From NCBI GenBank assembly GCA_030704615.1, contig CM060733.1, forward strand, positions 5,518,001-5,582,000: a DNA stretch of 64,000 nucleotides, written 5' to 3'. This DNA comes from Takakia lepidozioides (Eukaryota > Plantae > Bryophyta). The translations under genes and the position numbers were made by a program. Below the pieces are notes generated by a model. It ran no database searches. It had not been told where the DNA came from and saw nothing but the letters and a program-made list of their open reading frames with translations. Below, piece after piece: positions 12,755-25,455 of this stretch (within the stretch, counting starts at the first letter, position 1; each line of letters starts with the position of its first letter).

Positions 12755-15243
12755 TTATCAATGACAGACTAAGCAGAGTTCAGGTTTGAGAGTACAAGGA
12801 CTACACTTCACTCTGCCGTCGTACAGGGTCCAGACGAGGAAGTACGCGTCGCCTGGGTGGCCCATCGTCTCGAGGGCGTTGGCGTGATGTTGAAGGTTGT
12901 GAGAGTCGGAACGGCTGGTCTGGTAGTTGGGTAAGCGACAGCTCCAATGTATTCGCTTCCTGTGACTACGTGCTGCCAATACAAGATGCAAGAATGTTGG
13001 AGGTGTAGCTATATATACTGATGTGTGGTGCCCATCCCTCCTTAGCGTCACCTTGAAGCTAACTTGGCTGACATCATCGGTGTGACGTTTTATTGACGTG
13101 TGGCTCGAGGCTTAGCTGGATATCGTAGATGAAAATCTTGGACTTTGTCAGATGCATTGGCAAGGTAGGATGACGGTTCCCACGTTCGTTCCCTGATGTC
13201 GTAGCCTTTATAATGTACGAAATACTCAAGATGTTTATACTTGATGCGAGAGTCTAGGACTTCGTCGACTTTATACTTGATTTTTTGATTGACTTCAATC
13301 GGTGGAGGTGGTACAGAAACTCGCCCGGGGATACTTGAGTGATGATACAACGCTAATAATGAGACATGGAAGACTGGGTGGATGCGTATACTTCGTGGGA
13401 GTTCAAGCCGAAAACTGACCGGATTTATTTGACGAATAATTTTGAATGGTTCCAGGCGTTGATAAAATCTTCTTGATGGTCGCGAGGTTTGTATGTCCCG
13501 TCGAAGAAGCCATACACGATCTCCGACCTTGAATTGGGGTTGGAGTTGTCGATGTTGATCTGCATACTTCTTGTATTGTTTTTGAACTTTTACGAGGTGG
13601 AATGTAAGCTCCGTGTGAATCGTAGTAAGATGAATAGCAAGGTTTTCTACAGCAGGGCTTCCAACAGTCTGCATATGGAAAAGGTTTGCTCGAGGATGAT
13701 GACCATAATTGGAGAAAAATGGAGTTTGTTTGGTCGAAGAATGTATAGTGTTGTTGTAGGCAAACAATGATTGAATCGGTGGTCTTGGAAATTGGAAGGT
13801 CCGTAATAAAGTCCATAGACATGGACGACCATGGACCATTGAGAATGGGTAATGGTTGAAGAAGGCCGTAAGGTCGATGTCGTGGTCCCTTCGCTCTAGT
13901 ACACGTGTCGCAAGATTTTATAAATTATTTCACGAGTTTCCACATCTGCGGTCACCAATAGACCCTGGATATCAATTCCATTGTTTTGTTGAAGCCGAAA
14001 TGTCATGCAGCTGGAAGATCATGACATGTTTGAAGAATTCAAAATCGTATAGGTCCTGGAGGTATATAGAGAAGTCCCTTGAAGTAAAATAAGCCATCTT
14101 TGAATTCGAAATCGCTTGTAACATATGGGTGGTTTTGAGGTTGATTCAATTGACTTCTTCAGTGCTTCCTAAATCTTCTTTATGATCTCTGCATCGTCAT
14201 AGGTGGACATGAATAGCATATTCAATTGGAGATTTGCTGGTTTCATGATGATGGATTTTTGTTGGTCGAAAGCTGCGTCCCCTTATTTTGGCACAAAATG
14301 CGGTCGTCGAGAAAGAGCATCTGGTTTTCTTTGAAGATGTCCGGGGCGGTAGGTAATAACAAAATCAAACATTGCTAATGACATACTCCATCTCGCTTGA
14401 CGTCGATTCAAAACACAAGCATTCATAAAATACTCAAGGTTTTTGTGATCGGTGTAAACAGTAACCTGATGTTTAGCTCCCTCCAATAGATGACGTCATT
14501 CCTCAAAAGCATCGATAATCGCCAGAAATTCCTTGTCATGGATTTCATAATTTATATGTGCAACGGAAAATTTACGAGAACGAAAACCAACAGGGTGAAG
14601 TCGGCCATCTGTACAGTATTGAGAGAGTACAACGTCAAGTGCAAAGTCCGATGCATCTGCTTCCAAAAGAATGGTTTAGATGGGCCTACATGTACCAGAA
14701 TTGGAGTCATTGTAAATGCCTGCTTCAGCCTTTCAAATGTCTGATCAGCCTTCTCATCCCATACAAATTTGTCCTTTCCTATGATTCGTGTCAATGGTGC
14801 GGCAATTTTGGAGTTGTCATTGATGAAGATTTTATAGAAATTTACAAATCCCAGAAAACATTGTACATCTCGGACCGAAGTTGGTTTAATTCACTCGATG
14901 ATGGTTTGTATTTTCTTCTGATCCATAAAGACTCATTTGTCGGAAATAATGTAACCCAAAAATTTCGACTTTAGATTGGTGGAAAAGACATTTTTTCAAC
15001 TTGGCATGTAGTCTTCTTTCCCTCAATTTATCAGGGACAAGGCATACATGGCGACCATGTTCTTCTTCATTCTGTGAAAATATCAAAATGTCATCCAAAT
15101 AGATGACTACAAAGTCATCTAAAAATTCCTCGAAAGATATCATTCATCAATTGTTGAAAAATCGTTGGAGCATATGTAAGACCGAAAAGCATAACATCGA
15201 AATGTCCGTACCTTGTTTGAAAAGTTATTTTCCATTCGTCAGA
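12755..15243 (-). mobile_element. Degenerate Ty3/gypsy chromovirus (Tf2/Tcn1-like): RT, RNase H, integrase, chromodomain, 3' LTR
   Basis: [16 protein letters not shown] and VIYLDDILIFS; RNase [25 protein letters not shown]; integrase SMDFITDLP; IHPVFHVSLL then chromodomain YKVDEVLDSR..LEYFVHYKGY..TWEP. A putative LTR at ~12755-13088 carries a TATA box. There are many frameshifts. Confidence 0.9.
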
Positions 15244-18200
15244 GACACCACGATGACGGGAGGGCGGAGCGCCACTCTCCCACGCTATCCTCTACTAAAT
15301 AGTCTGCTAAACTAGCACCCTTAGGTTCTGCCATCCCCGCTCTTTTTTCCTTGTTATGTCTCTTTCTTTATAGCGGTGCCGCCACTTTAGCCCTATCTTC
15401 ACACATAGCCATGGCCGCCGCCATGCCCCCAGCTCTTGCGTTCTGTGCTGTTGTGCAGCATCCATTTTTATTTCCTTCACGTTCAGTCACCATTTGCTAC
15501 AACCTACTTCTTGCCCATCTTTTAAGCTTTTCACTAAGTCTTTTGCGTGGTTTTCAGCAGATGAGCCTCAGCACAACATACTCACGAAGTGTTTCCGCGC
15601 CGCCACACCTCACCTACGGGCCTTGCACACTCCAGCAAGCGGTCTCGTCCTTATGCTCCTTCTCATATCGACCTGCACTGCATCCACCAAACAAATCGAG
15701 TTGATATGTGCTACGCGTGCATTTCGCGCACCTTACTTCGGGAAGCTCCCCTTCAAGTCATAAGTAATCGCTTTGATACGCGCGCCTAACTCCCAAACTG
15801 GCCGCCGGGCCAACTCGGAGCTTCGGCTACTCACCGGGACATAGCGGTCCCCCTTTACTCCTCCACTTGACCCTCTCTCAATTTGGGCCAAGTGGAAATT
15901 CCCTTTGGTCGATGGCAGTCTGGAACAGCTCCCCACACCTTGGTCGTTTTCCGGCTCGCACGCTTACTCACTAGTTTTTGGTCACCAACAGGCTTGCACC
16001 GTTCTCGGGGTTACTACTCCCCATATATACTTATGTGACTGTCCGCGGGGGTTTCACAAACAACCATGTCATTTTATGGCGAACCACCACGAAAACCCTC
16101 GATTCCCGGTGATGAGTCGCGGTGAGTCTAGGCCGACCCACCACGGCCCCATTGGACCGTGATGAGTTCCAAGACTCCCCACGACTCCCACCACAAGGTT
16201 TCCACCCCCATGGTGAGTCCTATGTCACCCCCACTAAGTCCCACTAAGCTACCACCACCCCTTGTGGAACCACCCCCACCACAATCCGGTGTGCGGGGCT
16301 CCACCTAGTGAGTGCCTCCGCCTCCTTGAGTGCCTTGGGCACTCAAGGGTGCTTTAGCCCCCGTATCTATTGTTGTCACTGCCCCCACCATAGGGGCATC
16401 CCCTCTTGTGTCCCGACCCCCTGCCCTCAAGGCGAAGGGCCGCGACACACACCCCTACCAACAGGGAGTCGATGTCCTCATCGACTTGTCCATTTTGTAG
16501 AAACGAACATCCAAGTTGTGGCGTTCCACATCAAGGAGTTTGTTTCGACCGTACCATGGCGTCCCATGGCAAAGAACCAAACCCCCACTTGACTCAACTC
16601 TCCACTAGCTAGTTCGGCCGACTTCCTCCAAGTCCCGGCCAAGGGTGGAGCCTCTCAAGCTCTTCCCAGTGCACTCTTCTTGGCCCACTTCAAGGCCAAA
16701 GAACGATCCTCCCCGAGGATCGAATCGCCCTACTGCAACAACATTACTTGCGACCGCTCATGATGCCGCTTTTGGCATCACCTTGAGCAAGGGTTCCACC
16801 TTGAACCCTTTTTTACTAGGAAGATAACCTTGAACCAACCGTGCGCCTCAATCACTACAATTGGGTCAGCGTTGGAATGTTGGCATGAGGTACGGGAACA
16901 CGCCGAAGCCGCACTACAAATTCGTCCCGAGGCTACACGAATATAGTACGTGAGCGGAAACACGTAGCTTCCGCGTTAGCCCGCACTACAAGGCAACCCC
17001 CACGATAGCGCAGTTATAGTATGCGCACACGCCAGGTGCGCACTAGCACGTGAACTCCCAAAGAAGGCGCAAGTTTATTTGCCTCTTGGATGGGAGTCAC
17101 CCGATTTCGGCACTATTCAAACACACGATTAATCCAATTTACCTCTCCTACTTTTGTAAGCTAGCATGCATTCTACACACTAGCCAACCATACCATGCAT
17201 CACCATTCCAAACAAAATAGGATACACAACATTTGGAAACCATTTCATTTATAACAAAATTTGTACAATACAAGTTTTTGCAATCGGATTCCTGAGCTAG
17301 CTAAGTCGGGCTAAGCATGCATTTCCTCCCCCACGCTCCAAGGTTGATGTCCCCATCAACGCTTCTTCCGCTTTTGAGGTCGCCCTTCAAAAGCTGCAAC
17401 CGCCTCAGATGCGTTTCCCATTTCTGAGGCATGCACCCAAGTTGCCTCCACTTGATGATAGCCCTTCCATTTCACGAGATACTCCGTTTCTCGATTCTTG
17501 AACCTCCTCGACTTAAACATTGCCTCCACCTCGTACTCAGGTTCATTTTCATGATCCAACAGCACATGGTGGCAGACGCAACACGTGATGCCGATTCGGA
17601 CGCGATTCATCTTTGAAGTAAGGCTTCAAAAAGGAGACGTGGAATACTGGATGCACCTTGCTGTTTGACAACAACTCCAATTCATACACATCCTCATTCA
17701 TAACCTTTCGGATGCGAAAGGGTCCCGCATACGGAGGTACGAACTTCAGACTCACTTCCGGAGGTAGTCGAAAATTCTTGATGTTCAACCAGACCTCCGT
17801 GCCTGCCTCAAACTTAACTTCCCTCCGCTTCCGATTCGCCTGCCGTTCATACCGTTTCCTAGCTTTGGCTATGTTGTACTTTGCAAGCTTCAACAAACGA
17901 TCGTGTTCTTCCAGCACCGCTGCTGCTGCCGGTTCCTCAACGTCCTGGGCGGCCCAACTTGTCGGCACCAAAGGTGTTTTTCCATAGACCAATACAAAAA
18001 GGGAAAGTCCCGTTGCTTGTATTTTGTGTTATTATAACAGAACTCTGCCACATCCAAGTGCTCCACCTAGTCTGATTGGTCTGCCGACACATAATTCCAC
18101 AAGATTTGCTTTGACACCACGGAATTCACTCTTTCCGTATGGCCGTCCGTCGTAGGTCGGAAGGCGGTGCTCATCTTGAGCCTCGTCCCCAACTTCTTCT

Positions 18201-18470
18201 AAAGTGCCCTTAACGTCCAAAGTGTCGGTTCCTCAACGTCTTGGGCGGCCCAACTTGTCGGCACCAAAGGTGCTTTTCCATAGACCAATACCAAAGGGGA
18301 AACTCCCGTTGCGGAGTGTTTTGTATTATTATAACAGAACTCTACCGCGTCCAAGTGCTCCACCTAGTCCGATTGGTCTCCCGACACGTAATTCCGCAAG
18401 ATCTGCTTTACCACGGAATTCACCCTTTCCATTTGGCCGTCCGTCGTAGGTCGGAAAGCGGTGCTCATTG
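15244..18470 (-). mobile_element. Second chromovirus remnant: integrase, chromodomain, PPT and LTR-like region
   Basis: Integrase MSTAFRPTTDG.TERVN..AEFCYNN, then YAGPFRI and HPVFHVSFLKPY; chromodomain EYEVEA..EYLVKWKGY..ATW. PPT GGGGGAGGAAA is followed by TGCATG at 17321. The extent below ~17300 is uncertain. Confidence 0.75.
17930..18468. repeat. Diverged tandem duplication of an integrase segment (period ~296 bp)
   Basis: cggttcctcaacgtc..gggcggcccaacttgtcggcaccaaaggtg starts at 17930 and 18226, and both copies run to gcggtgctcat. Confidence 0.9.
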
Positions 18471-20448
18471 TGAGGTGGTGTTAGGCTGAAAGTAAAGAGC
18501 ATATCTGTCTTGTGCATCTATGGGTAGTTTTTGGATAATTTCATTAATAGAGGCCGAACCTGGATTGGGGTGGATATCACCACATCTCAGCAGTATTAAT
18601 GTAAGGCATGTGTTGATGTATGCGTTATTATGTGTAGGGGGGTGATGGTAGGAATGTTTAGATTTTGTGGGGGGCAGCTTATATCGTCCATACGGGCCAT
18701 GGGTAATAAGGTTATACTGGTGGAGAGTGGGATAGGATAATGGATGGCTGAAGAAGGATGAATATGGGTGCCAGATGCGGTATGGGATGGTGAAGCTGCA
18801 GCTGGCCGGGATGTTGTGTAAGAGAGTGGAATGGGATGCATGGGTGGAGTTTAAGTTTGCGTTGAAGGGCATGTTTGTACAGGATGGCAGGACAGGTGTC
18901 AGTAAATAAGAAGCAGGGTGGCCAAGTGGCAGGGACTGATAGGGGTAGCAGTTGTGGGTTTTGAGTATGTAATGTGGATATTGTAGTGTGATTATTAAGA
19001 TCATGTGGAGGTGGGGAGGGTAGGGTAAATTGATCGGTACGCATTAATGTAATAGATCGTACGAATATGGTCGTATGTGCGATGGGGCCACTAGGTAGTG
19101 TAGTGGGTAGTATGGCAGGTAATGTATGTGAAGACGGACGTGGGCGGGCCCTACTGCATGTGCATGAACAACCTCCATTGTCGGATCTGCTGTCCTCATG
19201 TCCTCACGCCCTTCACCTGCCATGCCGCCTGCACCAACCTCCCCAATGCCTATTCTGTCGTACTCTCGTTGCAAGTCCTCCCGTCCACCAACAAAATGTT
19301 TAAGTTTGCCCTCTCGCCCCAAGTTGGGCGATTCAAACATGCGATGAGTTGGAGCTGTCGATGATACCACCAGCGTGCCGGGCTCGTCGTCACTCTGTCA
19401 TTGACAAAAATCGTGAAAACCAACATCGGTGCAAAAACCAGCATCGCAACGAGCAGCGCAACCACCATAGCAACAATCGTGTAGCAAAAATGAAAACATA
19501 ACAAGTTTAGGAAGTATGGAGAGCCATGCAACAACAATAAAAACAAATGCAACCATTGCCTGAGAATGACATGCACAAGCAGCCTTCTACCGTTAGGTAG
19601 GTGCCGTATTGTGTATGAGGCGAGGTGTTGGCGTGTGGAGGTTTGAACACCAGACGCGGACTGGTATCATGCAGAAAAGGCAGCGAGGTGGCGGGTTGGG
19701 GTTGGTTAATGGCCGCGGGGTAACGGGCGCCTTGAGGTGGGGCCCTAAGGTGGAAGCGGGTGGAGGGAATTGTGTGTAGGTTTAAATTTAGGAGGAGGTG
19801 GGGTAGGTCACAAATGGCGTTGGGGGGGGGGGGGGGTGTCGCTAGTTGCAAGGTTAGGACAGATGGTACGCGTAGTGTACCTAGGGTGACAAGGACGGTG
19901 TTAAATGCAGGTGGGAGGGGCCCGCATGTGGCAGGGTGTGGTAGATCCACGTAGGGAGGGGCGGGTGGTAGGGGACGTGGGTGGAGTTATAGGGGTGGAG
20001 GGGGCAGACATGGGGGTGTCGCGTTATAAACGTGCGGGAAGGGGTGTCGGCAGTGGACTGGCAATGACACGTGGTGTGGGCAAAATATGTGGCCAAGAGG
20101 GTGGCTGAGCGCAATTGGCCTAGGTTCGGGCTGATGGAGATTGAGTGCTTCATGGTGGCCATGGGATGTGGGCATAGATTATTATGGTAAGCCGGGGTGG
20201 TGTGCACATGTGAGGGAGAGTGATGAGACAAGGTGACAGTAGTGCAGAATGGCGAGTGAGAGTAAGTATGTGAGAGGGTGAGAGTGTGGATTGAGTGGGT
20301 AATCATGGTATGAGCAGTCACAACTGCATATTTGCAGTGTGAGCGAGTTATATTAAAACACAAGAATGTGAGAAAGAAGACAACACGAAGAAGAGAGTAG
20401 AACACAGATTGAGAGCTATTGTAAATCCGGTTGGTGCAACGACGCAAT
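18471..20448 (-). mobile_element. Putative 5' portion of a non-LTR retrotransposon with a 2A-like motif
   Basis: The minus strand is strongly C/A-skewed with His/Pro/Thr-rich broken ORFs. LILLRCGDIHPNPGS lies at 18555-18600. No RT or endonuclease is retained. Confidence 0.4.
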
Positions 20449-22700
20449 GGCGTGAGCGCGCGAGCGTACGCTCACGCAGGAGTGACGTGGCGTGAGCCTG
20501 CACACATGCTGACATGGCGTGAGCGTCATGTCAGCATGCTGATGTGGCGGTAAATGATGACGTGGCACTGTCAGTCATCTGTCACGTCAGCATTAACATG
20601 CGCCGCCTATAACCGAGGATGGTCCTATGACCGTGGAATTAATGCAGGGAATCTTGCCTAAATAGAATCAAGACGAGCGTTGAGGCCTACAATTGCAGCA
20701 TCCAACATTGTGCAATTACAAATGTTTGTTTCACTTTTACAATTACGAGGACGAAAAAATATCCTCACAAAGTGTGCGCCATAAAGGCTGCCACGGGAAG
20801 ACCTTCCTCCCTCCTCAAATAACAATGAGAGTTAGGATCATCTTCAAAAGATGATTGTAGTGCATAGTGACAGCAAGACATATAGACTTCGAACGGTGCA
20901 ATGACAAATGTGCACTACCTAAAAGTTGTCACTCAGAGCTCACTCCGTATAGTTGGAGGCCATATCATTGCACCGCCGACGAATTGATGTGAATTACACA
21001 TTTCAAATCATGGTCGTCCACATACCACATTGCATAGTTGATGCTACCCATGTGTTGTATCTCGCTGCAAAAGAGTATCGACCTCGTTGAAACTCATAGT
21101 GGCCTTGTGAATGAAGTTGTCACGTTTGGGATCGCAAACCATTCTCTTCAAAGATATGAATACAAATGTTTGCAGGGTATGAATTTACCTCTCTTGCCCA
21201 AACTGGTTGATATCATATTCACAAAATCAGGACATGTGCAATTGGGGAAATTGGAAACCGTGATGTCGTAGGTCATGTCATGAACAGCAGATGTGGAAGT
21301 GATGATTGTGAATACCCGACCATATCCTGGATCGGGTACTTCCGTGGTGCTTCCAACACGAGCTTGGAGCATTCTTGCGGACTCCACTTTGCCAAAGTGT
21401 TCAGCGGTTGGAGGGAAACGCCGAACGAGCTTTCCATCTCATTTGGTTGGCCACAAGTCAGGATTTGCCGGGGGGACCCGGGAGGACGCAGAAGTAGTAG
21501 CACGGAGTTGGGGTTGTCTCGCAAGGGAAAAACCTGCCTCCTCCAACATTTCAATCTCCTGAAAGCTCAGATGTGTTCCCACCTTCACGGGCCAAACGGT
21601 TGGAGGAGATGGCTTCATCACTACGGAAGGACGCACAGTTCCATGCACACATCTGGCACAATCATCTGCGCAGAACCAGAACTTGTGGTTCTTGGCTTCT
21701 GGTTGACCGTATGGACGCATCAAGCCCGTGAAAGTCGGAGTAGGAGTTCGGGCACCACCTCTGGATATAGATGAAGTGCACTTCTCGAAATTAGTTGCCC
21801 TGATCGCTGTACATTTCACACGAGACCCTACACTTGTGCGTTCTATGTGCCAAACGTGGTCGGGGCATGCGGACTCAAGCACATCAAGGGGGTTGTTTCT
21901 CTCCTGCACCATTTCAGTGGCACTGTTTGATGCTGGAGCTTGCCGTCGTGTTGGAGGTTCCTCCACAATGGAGGTTCCGGACATGGAGCTGTCATGCAGA
22001 GGAACACGAGGCTTCGAGAAGTTATCACGGTCTGCCCTGTGGGAATCTGAATCCGAACCAGGTGGAGTGTTCAATGTCCTCTTACAGGAGCCGAATCTCT
22101 CATACTCTCAAGTGATGCAGCTCCAGAAGAGAACCACCAGGCACGAATTGTCTGGAACAAAGTGTCCGCCTCCTTCATTGTTCTAGCATCTTTGTACTCT
22201 TTGCACAATTTACGGTGCTGAGTCTGCATCTCTGGTTTGATGTCCGACTTTGTATGTTTTTCCAGAGATTGTGTCCAATGGAATAGACATGTACGCTCTC
22301 TTCCTGGCATAGGCACTTTTGGGTCGCCCGATCCAAAGACAATACGAACAGCATTGAAATTTGCTTGAGCACTATCCGCCATGAAACCTGCGAAATTTGG
22401 AGATGGCAGCCCATGACACGTATCAGGGAATTCCACATGAGCTTCTGGGATTCTGTATCCTCGGATTGCATGTCACAAACTGCAATTGTCATAACTCGTT
22501 GGTACACTGGATCGTAGACATGACAAGCCATTGTCGTCCAATCCTTCACTCGTTTCACATGATCAAACATAAGAAAACGGTTCTGCAAGTCCCCAGTCTT
22601 ATGCATCCGCTTCACGAGGCTAACCCCACTGCCCTCCCCAACAGTCGACATTTTGAAAAGTCATCACATATTTGATGAGTGCAATGAATCTTTTTCGGCC
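20449..22700 (-). mobile_element. Mutator-like (MULE) transposase remnant with SWIM zinc finger and G-box-rich terminus
   Basis: MFDHVKRV..TIAVCDMQSED..FMADSAQANFNAV..CLFHW gives the MULE core with CxxH, and NCTCPDF...CKHLY is a SWIM finger. There are several frameshifts and a TGACGTGG-rich block at 20449-20691. Confidence 0.8.
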
Positions 22701-23411
22701 TCAAACCATTCATATGAAATTGGAATGGATATGGTGAATATGGGCTCACGTTAGAGCTAATAGTACCCCGAAAATGGGAAAAAACCACTTGAAGATCAAT
22801 TACCTACCTACAAGAGAGTACTATAGGCCGTCTATTTCGGCGGACCCTGCCGGAATCATTAAATACATGCAGGTCGTCAGGTTCGGCAGGCTTAATGACA
22901 ATATTAAGTTTTCCATCTAAGCTTAATCCGATTTTTCTGGAATTCGGCAACCTGCAACCCTGGGTACTTTTCATTAAATTTCATTAGTAAGTAGTTAATA
23001 GTTAGTACTAGCATTCACTACTGTAATATTTTTGCATTCCACAATTGCCACCTTTTTTTTTCCCAGAGTCCACTTTTAAAAATGAACATTATTCCCCTCT
23101 TTCATCTACTCAAAAGGCAAAATTTTAAAATATTCATCATCTCTTAAAATGAATTAATTGAGGTCGGAATAGAGCGACCTCTACGGTAATACTAGAGAAT
23201 CTTATAGTTAATCCTCTTTTGTCCAGTTGGAGCCGCATCTTTTTATATTCCGGTTTGCTATGAGCTGGCCTATAATGTGATGTAGGGCTTCCTTCATCTC
23301 TCCTTCTCTACAACTACAAGATATAATTATTAACGTGTAAATCACTACCATAAATTTTGTAGTGTATTTGGACGTATGCTTATACAGGTGAAGATTTGAG
23401 GGAAATCCCGA

Positions 23412-23485
23412 TAGGGCGTTACGCTTTTTGTGAACATCCTGCAACAAGCTGTCTAGGGCGTTACGCGTTTTGTGAATATCCTGCG
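23412..23485. repeat. Short tandem duplication, 2 copies
   Basis: tagggcgttacgctttttgtgaacatcctgc and tagggcgttacgcgttttgtgaatatcctgc. Confidence 0.85.
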
Positions 23486-23552
23486 ATAGGATGGACCATT
23501 TGCCACGCGTCAGCGACGAACGATGAATTTTTTTCTATCCATGCTTTACGTT

Positions 23553-23640
23553 GGGTAAGTCCCAAGGGCATTCACTGATTTGAGGTAGCCCTCATAGGTG
23601 CCCTCAAATCAGTGAATGCCCTCAGTCCAGGGACTTACCC
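23553..23640. repeat. 88-bp fold-back element (MITE-like hairpin)
   Basis: Outer arms gggtaagtccc / gggacttaccc, plus a perfect 21-bp inner stem agggcattcactgatttgagg / cctcaaatcagtgaatgccct. Confidence 0.9.
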
Positions 23641-25455
23641 TATACATATATTTATCGTGTGTGGAGAAGTCACACTATCACTAGCATCATGGTCCTCGTG
23701 CACATGGACATGACAGATCCCATGGGTTGGCCTTTATGCTCTAAGGAGAGAGAGAGGACTCCGGCCGAAACCGGCGTAACTAAGAGCCACTTCGCCTCAC
23801 GGCTACTTCCCCTTGTGGGGTGGGCCCTATTTTATGCTTTAACAAAAAATGCTTGCTCAAGGCTCCATCCGAATACACGAAAACAAAGTGGAGATGAGAA
23901 TGGAAACTTGCTAGAATTACAATATAGCGGTAGAGAGCAAGATGTATTTCTCATATAGACAAGGTCTACTGATCAATATGAGCATCAAAATTATTCCAAC
24001 TCCACATATCGTGATGGGCCTCCCACACTCTCTCTACTCACCCCTTCTTCTCCATGAATGAACTAAAGCCATCCCATGTTTGGATGGATGAATCTCATCC
24101 TCTATTGAATTGATGCCTTGTAACAGGGATCGTCGTTTGGCGCCAGTCACCGGCAGATACCGGTCGACCTGGGTATGACCGGCTGGGTTGTGTAGTTGAA
24201 GGTAGAGAGCCGTGCATGCCGCAGGAATCTGTTGGGGTTTGCCTCTTTGCATTCAAGTTTTTGAACTCGTGAAGCCTTTGTCTGCTTCTTTCACTGCAAT
24301 TCCTTTGATGAGCAATTGAAGAGCAGTGTGAGGTAAGCGTGAGAGAGGGAGAGAGAGATGAGTTCGTGGCGGATGCGAGTGATGTTGAGTAAGCAGGTGA
24401 AGGATAAGGGAGGGTAGGGGGTGAAACATCTGAAGAAGGTCCATGAACATTGATGATCACTTCCCAAATCTATCCGGATCAACTGAGTCCACGATGCAGC
24501 CCCGCAGGTTTTTAAATTCAAACTGATCTGCATTCCATTCGGGGCATAGGGAGATCTGAGGTTTCGATTTCTTGTATCTGCATATATGAAAATGGATTCT
24601 TTACTACAGAGAAATGTGATCCAAGTGGAAAGTAAAAGGGTGCAGCTTTGACCGCAAAGACACAGGCCGATTGAGATGTTGCACCCTGTAAGTGTAGTGC
24701 TTTTACTGTTGCACGATTCTATGGCCTTGCGGTGAACAGGAGATAATTCCTTTCGCTTGGCGTCGATTACAGTATAGAATTGCGATAACCCTTCCATAAC
24801 CAACAATGAGTCCCCTTTATGAGATTTAGTATATTTAGTCATAAACACAGATGTGGCTTGGAGTGGGGAAAACGCTTTGAAGTGGTAGGAAGTCCTTAGC
24901 ATCAGGCGAGTTTTCGCTCTGGAAGTTTACGTTTGATCCTATAGTCTACGACCGCAGGTTCAAAGTTTTTGTTGAAACTTGTCCGAGTATTCTTGGCAGA
25001 CTTACGTGCTAAAGAGCTATGAAAAAGGAACATTCAGTAATCGGCGCATATGTATCTTCGAGTAGAGTATGGGAGCTTTAATATTTCATGGCCACTGGCT
25101 CGGCTTAGGTGCAGACGAAATCCTCGGACGTTGCTCTGTGTTCTGGGATCCAAAGGATTAGGGTTTCGGTCTAAGCTTCAAGTCTGTGCAAGATCTTTTG
25201 GGTGTTTCTGTCTCCATCAATGAAGTTTGTCGAAGTTATGACGTGGATTGTTTTACTACTTTTTTCTTAAAAATCTGTTGGTGGAGGAAATACCATACCT
25301 CATGTCTCGGTTTCTCATCTTCATGAAGGCGGTTCTTGTGAGCTGCCTTATGCATGAAATGAACCCAAATCACAATCACATGCTTTCATTTTCAAGTATA
25401 GAGCTGATGGAAATGTGAAATAAGGTTGGAGATGTCATGTGGATCCACACTGCAG

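Noticed and set aside
24291-24902. 203-aa minus-strand ORF upstream of DCL4
   Set aside because: No recognisable motifs; probably antisense to the DCL4 5' region.
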